From: Candidatus Daviesbacteria bacterium | Lineage (GTDB): Bacteria; Patescibacteriota; Microgenomatia; Daviesbacterales; UBA10151 | DNA: 64,000 bases | Assembly: GCA_016198275.1 (NCBI GenBank) | Contig: JACQIX010000010.1 | Span: 172 to 64,171, forward strand | Reading direction: 5' to 3' | Shown: positions 1-7,854 of the stretch, in pieces | Numbering within the stretch: position 1 is the stretch's first letter | Layout of the letters: each line of letters begins with the position of its first letter | Program-made: the position numbers and the translations under genes | The notes under the pieces: generated by a model | The model's input: only the letters and a program-made list of their open reading frames with translations | Told to the model about the DNA's origin: nothing | The model's database searches: none

Positions 1-82
1 AATATTGTTGTTAATATTCAAAAGGACCTTGGAAGGTGGGCTATAGTCCCACCTTTTTTAAAAGTAAGGAGAAATAAAATAA

Positions 83-1123
83 ATGGCACAAGCTAGGACA
101 GAATTTGCAGCAGCATTAAATCAAATAGCCTCTGAAAAAGGGGTTGAGGTAGAAGTTGTTTTAGATGCTATCCGTCAGGCAGCCTTGGCTGCTTATAAAA
201 AAGATTTAATGTTGAGAAATGAGCCTATACCGGATGATTTTGAGGAATTTACTTCCAAAGTTGACCCGGCCAGCGGCGAGATTTCCATTTTTGATAAAAA
301 TAAAAATGTTACACCTCCGGGATTTGCCAGAATTGCTGCCTCAATTGCCAAGCAAGTCATTACTCAACGCCTTAATGAGGCTGAAAGAGGGGCAATTCTA
401 TCTGAATATGAAAATAAAGTTGGGACAGTGATAAGTGGTGCTATCCAGAGACAGGAAGGAAATACTTATTTTGTAGATTTGGGTCGGGCTGAAGGGGTAT
501 TGCCTCTATCTGAACAAGTCCATACTGAGATTTATAGTCAAAATCAAAGGTTAAAGTTTTTGGTAAAAGAGATCAGAGAAGGCAGCAGAGGTTCAGAAGT
601 GGTGGTTTCCAGATCAGATCCCAATTTTGTCAAAGCTTTATTTGCCCTGGAAGTGCCGGAGATTCAATCAGGTGCAGTTGAAGTCAAAGTAATTGCCAGA
701 GAAGCCGGGTCCAGAACTAAAATTGCCGCCATTAGTAAACAGGAGGGTGTTGATCCGGTAGGTTCTATGGTGGGGCAAAAAGGAGTGAGGGTTCAGGCAG
801 TAATGAGTGAGTTAAGTGAGGAAAAAATAGATATCATCAGTTTTTCAGAAGATCCAGCCAGATTTATTGCTTCTGCTCTTTCTCCTGCCAAGGATATTCA
901 AGTCAGATTAAATGAATCAGCCAAAATTGCCACAGTAATTGTGCCGCAAAACCAGCTGTCTTTGGCGATTGGTAAGGGTGGACAAAATGTCCGTTTGGCT
1001 GCCAAATTAACCGGCTGGAAAATTGATATTGAGGGAGCCGGAGAACCGGAAATAGAGGAAGATGGAATCGTTAAGAAGGAAGTTGAGGAAGAAAAGGTAG
1101 ATATAGAAAAAAGTAAGGGTTAA
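83..1123 (+). CDS. nusA: Transcription termination/antitermination factor NusA (short form, KH domains, no C-terminal AR repeats)
   Basis: 346-aa ORF. N-terminal NusA domain, S1-like region, and tandem KH domain ending near ..[29 protein letters not shown] about 9 nt upstream. Conserved position upstream of infB. Confidence 0.9.
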   Translation: MAQARTEFAAALNQIASEKGVEVEVVLDAIRQAALAAYKKDLMLRNEPIPDDFEEFTSKVDPASGEISIFDKNKNVTPPGFARIAASIAKQVITQRLNEAERGAILSEYENKVGTVISGAIQRQEGNTYFVDLGRAEGVLPLSEQVHTEIYSQNQRLKFLVKEIREGSRGSEVVVSRSDPNFVKALFALEVPEIQSGAVEVKVIAREAGSRTKIAAISKQEGVDPVGSMVGQKGVRVQAVMSELSEEKIDIISFSEDPARFIASALSPAKDIQVRLNESAKIATVIVPQNQLSLAIGKGGQNVRLAAKLTGWKIDIEGAGEPEIEEDGIVKKEVEEEKVDIEKSKG

Positions 1124-1211
1124 GTATTATGTATCTAGTATTAAGGATATGAAAAGCAATATTTTTATCTATCCCGTAATACTTAATACGTAATACTAGT
1201 CAAGTATTAGT
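1124..1211 (+). repeat. Conserved intergenic element, copy 1 (GGGTTAAGTATTATG...CGTAATACTTAATAC...)
   Basis: Starts at the nusA stop. Contains the exact 15-mer CGTAATACTTAATAC (1175-1189) and inverted repeat AATACT-AGTCA-AGTATT just before the infB start. Confidence 0.5.
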
Positions 1212-2666
1212 ATGAGTAAAATTACGAGACCACCTATAGTGACAATCTTAGGTCATGTTGATCATGGAAAAACTTCCTTGCTTGATTTTATAAGGAAATC
1301 TTCGGTTGCAGCCAAAGAACATGGTGGTATTACCCAACACATTGGTGCCTATCAGATTAGTCTACCTGGAACCTCTAACCTGATTACTTTTATTGATACT
1401 CCCGGGCATGCTGCATTTGAAAAAATGAGGTCAAGAGGAGCAAGAGTGGCTGATATAGCAGTTTTGGTAGTGGCTTTGGATGATGGGGTGATGCCGCAGA
1501 CTATTGAGGCTATCAAACATATTCATGAGGCTAAAGTACCCCTGATTGTGATTATTAACAAAATTGATCTTGCAGGGATTGACATAGCAGTGCAACTGGC
1601 AAAAATAAAAAAACAATTATCCGATCAAAAGATAAATTTGGAAGAATATGGGGGGGATGTGCCGCTAGTGTCTTTATCTGCCAAAACAGGCAAGGGAGTA
1701 GATAAACTTTTAGAAATGATCCTGTTGGTGGCAGAATTAAATGAGTTAAAAGGAGATGCCCAGGATGCTCCTTCAGGGGTGGTTATTGAAGCAACTTTAG
1801 ATAAATTTAAAGGGCCAATAGCCACCATTTTAATCAGAAACGGTACTTTAAAAAAAGGAGAACAGATTTTGCTGGGCGGAGTAACAGGCAAGATCAGGGC
1901 CATGTTAGATTTTAATGGTCAGGCAATAGAGGAGGCTGGACCTTCCACCCCAGTGGAGATTTTAGGGTTAACTGATGTGCCGAAGGTGGGAGTTTTGCTG
2001 GGTAACGAGTTGGAGTCAGAAAAAGTAGATGAGCAAGTCTCGCTTCTTGACAAGCTAAAAATGGGGGAAAGAAAAACCTTAAAAGTAATTATTAAAGCGG
2101 ATAAACAAGGATCACTTGAGGCAATACAAGCTTCTTTAGACAAATTTAATCTGGAGCGTAAAGTTATTGATTATATATTTGCAGGAATTGGAGATATTGG
2201 GGAAGAGAATATTAAGTTGGCAGCTACAGTAGGAGCAATTGTGATCGGATTTAATGTTAAAGTTGTTCCTTTAGCCGCTCAATTGGCTGAAAATGAACAT
2301 GTATTAATTAGGACTTATAATATTATTTATGAACTTTTGGAGGATATAGAGGAGGTTGTTAATACATTATTGGAAGTAGGGCAATTGGAGGAAGTTTTAG
2401 GCAAAGCCAATATTTTGGCTGAGTTCCCTTTTGGTAAGAATGAAAGAGTGGCCGGATGCAGGATGATAGAGGGGGTAATTGCCAAGGGGCAAAAAATCAG
2501 AGTAGTTAGAGTTGGACAAATTATTGGCGAGACTAAGCTGAAATTTTTGAAAAAGGTTAAAGAAGAGGTTAACAAAGTTGAAAAGGGCAATGATTGTGGA
2601 ATGCTATTTGATCCTGCAATAGATTTTCAAATTGGAGATGTGGTGGAATCATTTAGAGTGATCTAG
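1212..2666 (+). CDS. infB: Translation initiation factor IF-2 (N-terminally minimal form)
   Basis: 484-aa ORF. GTPase G1 motif [25 protein letters not shown]-2 domain II/C-terminal beta-barrel. Gene order nusA-infB. Confidence 0.9.
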   Translation: MSKITRPPIVTILGHVDHGKTSLLDFIRKSSVAAKEHGGITQHIGAYQISLPGTSNLITFIDTPGHAAFEKMRSRGARVADIAVLVVALDDGVMPQTIEAIKHIHEAKVPLIVIINKIDLAGIDIAVQLAKIKKQLSDQKINLEEYGGDVPLVSLSAKTGKGVDKLLEMILLVAELNELKGDAQDAPSGVVIEATLDKFKGPIATILIRNGTLKKGEQILLGGVTGKIRAMLDFNGQAIEEAGPSTPVEILGLTDVPKVGVLLGNELESEKVDEQVSLLDKLKMGERKTLKVIIKADKQGSLEAIQASLDKFNLERKVIDYIFAGIGDIGEENIKLAATVGAIVIGFNVKVVPLAAQLAENEHVLIRTYNIIYELLEDIEEVVNTLLEVGQLEEVLGKANILAEFPFGKNERVAGCRMIEGVIAKGQKIRVVRVGQIIGETKLKFLKKVKEEVNKVEKGNDCGMLFDPAIDFQIGDVVESFRVI

Positions 2667-2702
2667 AGTGCTTGATTTTTAGCGTTTCACTAAGTAATTT
2701 CT

Positions 2703-3818
2703 GTGCTGAGCTTGAAATTATGGGATAGTAATGATAGAATACAGGCGATCCTTATGAAGTACGATTCAATGCTATCAGAGCTTAAAAATATAATACCCAA
2801 TACTAAAAGCATTTTAATTGCTCTTCCTCCTAATCCTTCAATTGACAATTTAGCCTCTTCCTTAGCTTTATTTTTAACATTTGAAGGGAGCGGAAAAGAA
2901 GTTACTGTTGTCTGTCAGACAGATATTACAGTTGGTCAGGCACATCTTTTTGGGGTAGATCAGATTCAAAAAAATCTTCCGCCAGGAGGCGGGGGGAATT
3001 TGACACTCACTTTAGAAGGGGTAGCTGCTTCAGACAATACAGTGCCTGCTTTGGAGAAGTTGGATTGGTATGCAGAAAACAATAATTTAAATTTGGTGTT
3101 TCATGTTCTGCCCGGCCAAACTTTTCAACCTGCCAAAATTGTTCCTAAATATCAAGGTAGTGGTTTTAATTTAATCTTTGTAGTAGGTGTTGTTAATTTA
3201 AATGTTTTAGGTGATTACTCGATAAATCCCCAACTGTTTTCCGGATCGCATATTGTTAATATTGATATTCAAGCTTCTAACACTAATTTTGGTCAAACCA
3301 ATATTGTAGATAATAATAGCTCTTCTTTGTCTGAAGTGATGAGTTATTTAATTGCTGATTTAGGATTTACTCTTGACGGAGACTGCGCCAGTAATTTGCT
3401 GGCAGGAATTTTTGATGCCACTGCTAACCTATCAGGAAGCAAGGTCAGCGCTGATACTTTTATGGCTGTTGCTAATTGCTTAAGAGTTGGAGGTAGAAAG
3501 CCTGTAGGAGTGGTTACACCAGCAACTCCACCGTTTTCTCAACCATCAACCCAAGCAGCTTATGACTGGAATGCAGTATCTGCTGCTCTTGGCCAAAGTA
3601 TCACTCCTCAATTATCCGGCATCAGTGATTTTGCGGTGCCGCCGGTGGTTTCATCCTCTTCCCAGCCTGTGGCTGATGCAGGTGATCACGAAACTGTCTA
3701 CAAGCAAACTCCAAAACCATCACCTGAGGAAAGGCCTTTGGTGGAAGGCGTAGTATCTGAAACAGTGGAACCTGAGTGGCTGACCCCTAAAATATTTAAA
3801 GGCTCATCTCTAGGATAA
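2703..3818 (+). CDS. DHH/DHHA1 (NrnA-like) phosphoesterase homolog with substituted catalytic motifs; C-terminal Pro/Ser/Thr-rich tail
   Basis: 371 aa, GTG start at 2703 (start uncertain). Segments align to NrnA motifs but with replacements: PNPSIDNLASS where HxxPDxDAxGS is expected; NIDIQAS where DHH is expected; GGGGN where GGGH is expected. Sits in the usual nusA-infB-(rbfA)-nrnA neighbourhood. Confidence 0.4.
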   Translation: MLSLKLWDSNDRIQAILMKYDSMLSELKNIIPNTKSILIALPPNPSIDNLASSLALFLTFEGSGKEVTVVCQTDITVGQAHLFGVDQIQKNLPPGGGGNLTLTLEGVAASDNTVPALEKLDWYAENNNLNLVFHVLPGQTFQPAKIVPKYQGSGFNLIFVVGVVNLNVLGDYSINPQLFSGSHIVNIDIQASNTNFGQTNIVDNNSSSLSEVMSYLIADLGFTLDGDCASNLLAGIFDATANLSGSKVSADTFMAVANCLRVGGRKPVGVVTPATPPFSQPSTQAAYDWNAVSAALGQSITPQLSGISDFAVPPVVSSSSQPVADAGDHETVYKQTPKPSPEERPLVEGVVSETVEPEWLTPKIFKGSSLG

Positions 3819-3864
3819 TCAGTTCTGCAATACCTTCAGACAGGGTGTATACTCTATATTAGAG

Positions 3865-5451
3865 ATGAAAGAAAAAAGTCAACATTTTATTGCTAATTTT
3901 TTTAATTCCCTATCTCTCTCAACTCTTACAAAAAAACAGCGATATTCTTTACTAATAGCCTTAGTAGTTCTTATAAGTCTCCCAATTATTGTTATTGCTG
4001 TGCGGTATCAACAAAATATTCGCTCAAGAGCAGAGCAAACAGATAGCAGACAAGTTGTTGTTGAGGAGATAGATCAACAAAAGAAAGAGTTGCGTGAGCA
4101 TTATATAAATACTAATATAACTGAAAATGCTTTTTCCCCACAGAAACCTTTGATTTTTCCTGATGATCCAAGTACGTCAAATGATATTATCCCACCCCCT
4201 CCATTATTTTCAATTTATGAACCACAATCACGATATACGGCTTCAATATTAATAATTCCCATAAATTTCACCAATAGCAAATTCAGCGACAATGATACAC
4301 AGAATATGTGGGGTTATATTGGGCTAGACGATAGTAAAAAATATAAATATAAATCAATAAAAGATTATTTCATTTATACAAATGAAACATCACCCTTACT
4401 TCATCTTTCAAACCTTGCTGTAACTCGTCCTTTTGAGAGCGGAGTAGACGGTAGGAGTTGTTCAGATGCAGAGATTATGGAATGGTCCAAAAAAGCCGAG
4501 GAAGAGGTAAAACAAACCTTTATTCTTGATTATTGGACCTATATTGTATACTTACTTGCTCCGGGGAATAATTGTCCATGGCAACTAGGATATGACTCAC
4601 GAACAATATATATAACAGTCGCAGCGCAAGGGGTAATCGTCCGAAAAAAACAAGGGTTAATATGGTTCAGTTACACAGGATTAAATGATGTGAATCCTCG
4701 GATAAAAGAATTTACTTTTAAAGATCGGTTAATTCATGCTTTGCTTCATCTATCTGATCTTACTCATGCTCATGCCATTTATTGTTCGGGAAATAATAAT
4801 GATCCAGATTTTAATTTTGTGAAAGATAAATGTTCTCTTTACAATAGCCTTGATAGGTCAGATGTTTTAGGAGATAGTCTAAAAAGTGGATCTAAAGAAG
4901 ATATACCGGTTATTCCATTTTTGAATGCCCCTCATAAAACTGAGCTTTCCTGGTTGCCAAAAGATCGGGTTTTTATTATTGACAAAGATCCAGCTACTAA
5001 TCGTCCTAAAGCAGGAACATACACATTAAGATTAACGCCATTAGATATTCCAACTGATATACAAACACCCCAAACAAAGCGAGTGGTTAAAATTTATAAA
5101 CCCGATACCAGTTTTTATAGCAGCCATTGGAGAAAAACTATTAATTCATACTATTATGTTTCTGTCAGGAATATACGGGGTGCATTGGTAGATGCTAGTG
5201 ACAATTCATTTTTGCACAATGATTTAGTACAGGGAGCAAATATCCATATTGGATATGATTTTTCTGTTATGCCTACTTATCTCATTGGTACAACCTATAA
5301 TACTTTTTCTCACGAGGCGCTTAGTAACTTTAAATCTTTTATTGATGACGCAAATGGTATAACCATCAAACAAACAGGTTCTGGTATGGTTCTTCACCCA
5401 ACTGAAGAATATCCGCAAAATTATGTGGATTTAGAGATTACTATCCAATAA
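3865..5451 (+). CDS. Hypothetical membrane-anchored/secreted protein
   Basis: 528-aa ORF. N-terminal hydrophobic segment (LLIALVVLISLPIIVIAV) followed by a large polar domain. No recognisable family. Confidence 0.5.
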   Translation: MKEKSQHFIANFFNSLSLSTLTKKQRYSLLIALVVLISLPIIVIAVRYQQNIRSRAEQTDSRQVVVEEIDQQKKELREHYINTNITENAFSPQKPLIFPDDPSTSNDIIPPPPLFSIYEPQSRYTASILIIPINFTNSKFSDNDTQNMWGYIGLDDSKKYKYKSIKDYFIYTNETSPLLHLSNLAVTRPFESGVDGRSCSDAEIMEWSKKAEEEVKQTFILDYWTYIVYLLAPGNNCPWQLGYDSRTIYITVAAQGVIVRKKQGLIWFSYTGLNDVNPRIKEFTFKDRLIHALLHLSDLTHAHAIYCSGNNNDPDFNFVKDKCSLYNSLDRSDVLGDSLKSGSKEDIPVIPFLNAPHKTELSWLPKDRVFIIDKDPATNRPKAGTYTLRLTPLDIPTDIQTPQTKRVVKIYKPDTSFYSSHWRKTINSYYYVSVRNIRGALVDASDNSFLHNDLVQGANIHIGYDFSVMPTYLIGTTYNTFSHEALSNFKSFIDDANGITIKQTGSGMVLHPTEEYPQNYVDLEITIQ

Positions 5452-5474
5452 TTTCTGCAGGATAAAACGGATTA

Positions 5475-5951
5475 TTATTCTTTCAGGTCGGGGTTTTTGG
5501 GGAAAGCAGTTTTGAGTTTATAGACATATGGTTTAGGAAAAGTATAATCCCGAATGCCGGTAATAGTGATCGTAGTTATTCCCTCCTTCCAAGTTTCGGT
5601 TGTTGAGATAGTTAAAGTATTAGGCTGTCCTTTTTTACCGATCACCTGAGTTGGTACTTGCGGAGAAACCGTATATTTTAGGTCTGGAGTCCGGGGAGGT
5701 TCGGCAAAGACTAAATCAACCTGCTGGATAGGTAAATACTCATAAGTTGTATCTTCGGGTAAAATCTTCACAATTTTAAAATCGGATTTAGGAATAACTG
5801 TACTATTTTTGAAATGAGTTTGACTCAAGGGAAATGTGCTGGAAACAGGAGAGGCATTTTGAGTCCCTAGACGGTGAGAAGAGAAGAAAAAATACCAAAC
5901 GACTCCTCCTAAGAAGATAAGCAAAAATAACAGCAAATAAATTCTAATCAT
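5475..5951 (-). CDS. Hypothetical membrane-anchored protein
   Basis: 158-aa ORF. N-terminal TM helix (IYLLLFLLIFLGGVVWYFFF). Directly downstream of, and same strand as, the Cys-rich protein gene. Confidence 0.45.
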   Translation of the reverse strand: MIRIYLLLFLLIFLGGVVWYFFFSSHRLGTQNASPVSSTFPLSQTHFKNSTVIPKSDFKIVKILPEDTTYEYLPIQQVDLVFAEPPRTPDLKYTVSPQVPTQVIGKKGQPNTLTISTTETWKEGITTITITGIRDYTFPKPYVYKLKTAFPKNPDLKE

Positions 5952-5984
5952 TTAGTTAATTTTAGATTTTTCTTTAACCAAACA

Positions 5985-7313
5985 TCAATTACACAATATT
6001 TTAGCCACGTCTAACCAGCCGGTATTTCCAGGAGCATTACCTCCAGAGCCTAGTTGAACATGTACATGAAATTCATCACAAGGTCCCCCTGAAATTATAC
6101 TACAGATATTTCCTCCCACTTCACCCGAATTATGAGTTCCGGAAACGCCGCTTCGCGGTTGGGTATGGTGGAATTGAAGATAAAATTGAGCACCGTCGTG
6201 TGTTCGGACTCCAGTATATTTTTGAATCGCCTCACCAGTGCTGGCCCCCAATTCTTGACCTATATATGTCCATCTGATATTTCCATTTAGTGAAGGAAGC
6301 GTAATAGATCCTCCAGCTGGTCCGGGAACGTCTAATCCCCATTGAGTCGCTGGATAAGGAACACAGAATTTGTTATAAGCAGTATCGGGATAACCGATCC
6401 CACAATGTCCGCAGCCACTGCGGAGAGTAAATTTAGTTCCGCATGAAGGATTGCTTCTGGGGACTGGACATGAAATTTCTGTTCCTACAGGAGTCTCTCT
6501 CCCTTGATCTCCAAATTGGGAGGATCCATCACCGTCACAACTTTTATTACTCCGGCAAGCACCATTATCTGCTCCGATACTTTGTCCACAAGTCTGGTAC
6601 TCACCTTTTGAGGATTTGGAATCAATTGGACAATCATTATCGTTGGAACAACAAGCAGCATCGCAGACATCTTTGTCGGCGAGCCATTTTGATTTAGGGT
6701 TATTCTGGCAAAGATCGCCTGAAGATTGTATTGGTTGGGAAGGTTGAGCAGTTTGGTTATTAGTTGGCGTGCCGCTGTCAGAATTAGGGTCACAACTTTT
6801 GTTGCTGAGGCAGGCTCCGTTATCTGCACCCAGACCTTTACCGCAAGTTTCATTATTCGGACAGTCTTTATCAATAGTACAGCAAGCTGGATCACAGGAG
6901 AGATTGTGGTCATCATTGTATTTACTTCCCCACTTGGTTTTAGGATTGTCCTGGCAAAGATTCTCATCGGTACTGCTTAAAGCAAAATTGGTTGAAGCCC
7001 TATCAGGCGCGCAGCGGATGGATTTATCCGAGCAAATCATATGTTGGCCTACTCCGCAATCTGTATGGAAGCATTTGTCTGATTGTTGGCAGTAGATAAA
7101 GGATGAATCGCTGCAGGTTGTAATTCCTTGGGCATTTACCACAGCGTATGTGGTGGTTTTTTTATTGTCAGCAACAGGGTAGGAGGTAGAAGTTGTGGAG
7201 GGAGTGAATTGTTTGATCTGGATATTGTTCGTTTGGCCTAAAATAATATTGTTTGAGCTGATAAAAATTAATACCACCAAAAAAAGAAGTGAGGCAGGAA
7301 TTATTTTTAGCAT
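5985..7313 (-). CDS. Secreted Cys-rich tandem-repeat protein with M23/LytM-like peptidase C-terminal domain
   Basis: 442 aa. Signal-peptide-like N-terminus (MLKIIPASLLFLVVLIFISS). Two about 62-aa Cys-rich repeats (LCQDNPKTKW...CDPACC... and LCQNNPKSKW...CDAACC...). C-terminus has HxxxD-like and FHVHVQLGSGG...LDV segments resembling M23 motifs (HxxxD...HxH). Confidence 0.55.
   Translation of the reverse strand: MLKIIPASLLFLVVLIFISSNNIILGQTNNIQIKQFTPSTTSTSYPVADNKKTTTYAVVNAQGITTCSDSSFIYCQQSDKCFHTDCGVGQHMICSDKSIRCAPDRASTNFALSSTDENLCQDNPKTKWGSKYNDDHNLSCDPACCTIDKDCPNNETCGKGLGADNGACLSNKSCDPNSDSGTPTNNQTAQPSQPIQSSGDLCQNNPKSKWLADKDVCDAACCSNDNDCPIDSKSSKGEYQTCGQSIGADNGACRSNKSCDGDGSSQFGDQGRETPVGTEISCPVPRSNPSCGTKFTLRSGCGHCGIGYPDTAYNKFCVPYPATQWGLDVPGPAGGSITLPSLNGNIRWTYIGQELGASTGEAIQKYTGVRTHDGAQFYLQFHHTQPRSGVSGTHNSGEVGGNICSIISGGPCDEFHVHVQLGSGGNAPGNTGWLDVAKILCN
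6530..6960 (-). repeat. Internal tandem duplication (about 190-245 nt units) encoding the two Cys-rich modules
   Basis: DNA segments around 6685-6720 and 6930-6965 are near-identical (TTTAGGGTTATTCTGGCAAAGAT vs TTTAGGATTGTCCTGGCAAAGAT). The encoded peptide repeats share conserved Cys spacing. Confidence 0.6.
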
Positions 7314-7353
7314 ACTATAGTCTTTATTATACAGGATAGCATAAATCGTAAAT

Positions 7354-7382
7354 TTGCATAATTACAAATTTTTTGTTATACT
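7354..7382 (+). promoter_or_regulatory. Putative sigma70-type promoter for rpsO (-35 TTGCAT, 17-nt spacer, extended -10 TGTTATACT)
   Basis: TTGCAT at 7354-7359, TATACT at 7377-7382 preceded by TGT. Located in the divergent intergenic region upstream of rpsO. Confidence 0.45.
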
Positions 7383-7436
7383 GCGCCCACAAAGAGCAAC
7401 GTCTTGGCACCGAGGTTGTCTCACAAAGGAGGTAAG

Positions 7437-7706
7437 ATGCCACTTGATGCAAAGATCAAACAGCAAATAATTAAGGATTTTGCCCAAAAAAGCGGTGATA
7501 CAGGTTCTCCGGAAGTACAAATTGCCCTTTTAACCGAGCAGATTAAAAATCTTGCCAGTCATCTAAAAGAACATACCCATGATATTCACTCAAGACGTGG
7601 ACTTTTATCAATGGTTAACAAAAGGAGAAGACTGCTTCAGTATCTGTTTAAAAAAGATATGGAAAGATATAAAATTGTGATTGATAAATTGGGATTAGCA
7701 AAATAA
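7437..7706 (+). CDS. rpsO: 30S ribosomal protein S15
   Basis: Strong S15 similarity (..[39 protein letters not shown]). AGGAGG RBS immediately upstream of the ATG at 7437. The longer ORF from 7404 is probably an artefact. Confidence 0.9.
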   Translation: MPLDAKIKQQIIKDFAQKSGDTGSPEVQIALLTEQIKNLASHLKEHTHDIHSRRGLLSMVNKRRRLLQYLFKKDMERYKIVIDKLGLAK

Positions 7707-7724
7707 TAAAATTTATGCTATAAT
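7695..7724 (+). promoter_or_regulatory. Putative pnp promoter (extended -10 TGCTATAAT)
   Basis: TGCTATAAT at 7716-7724. Weak -35-like TTAGCA 18 nt upstream. Followed by a 130-nt leader before pnp. Confidence 0.35.
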
Positions 7725-7854
7725 AAAATAAAGAGAGATTTGGGGATTGGAAAGAGATAATTAAAATTAATTACCTCTTATACAGTTTCCAAGTCTTCAA
7801 GATAAAGTCACCCTGAAACCGTCAGAGGTAGATGAAGGATTTTCCGTAGAGAAA

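Noticed and set aside
219-431. 70-aa ORF in an alternative frame inside nusA, and many similar short antisense/alt-frame ORFs inside rpoB, rpoC, fusA, tuf, rplB and others listed in the ORF track
   Set aside because: Fully embedded in well-supported conserved genes, without independent signals. Typical random ORFs in AT-rich sequence.
7404-7436. N-terminal extension [11 protein letters not shown] of rpsO suggested by the ORF track
   Set aside because: A perfect AGGAGG Shine-Dalgarno sits inside this extension, 8 nt before ATG 7437, which begins the conserved S15 sequence ([10 protein letters not shown]).
7825-7851. Small CTGA-AACCG-TCAG hairpin in the pnp leader, considered as an RNase III autoregulatory site analogous to E. 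coli pnp
   Set aside because: Only a 4-bp stem; too weak to call from sequence alone.
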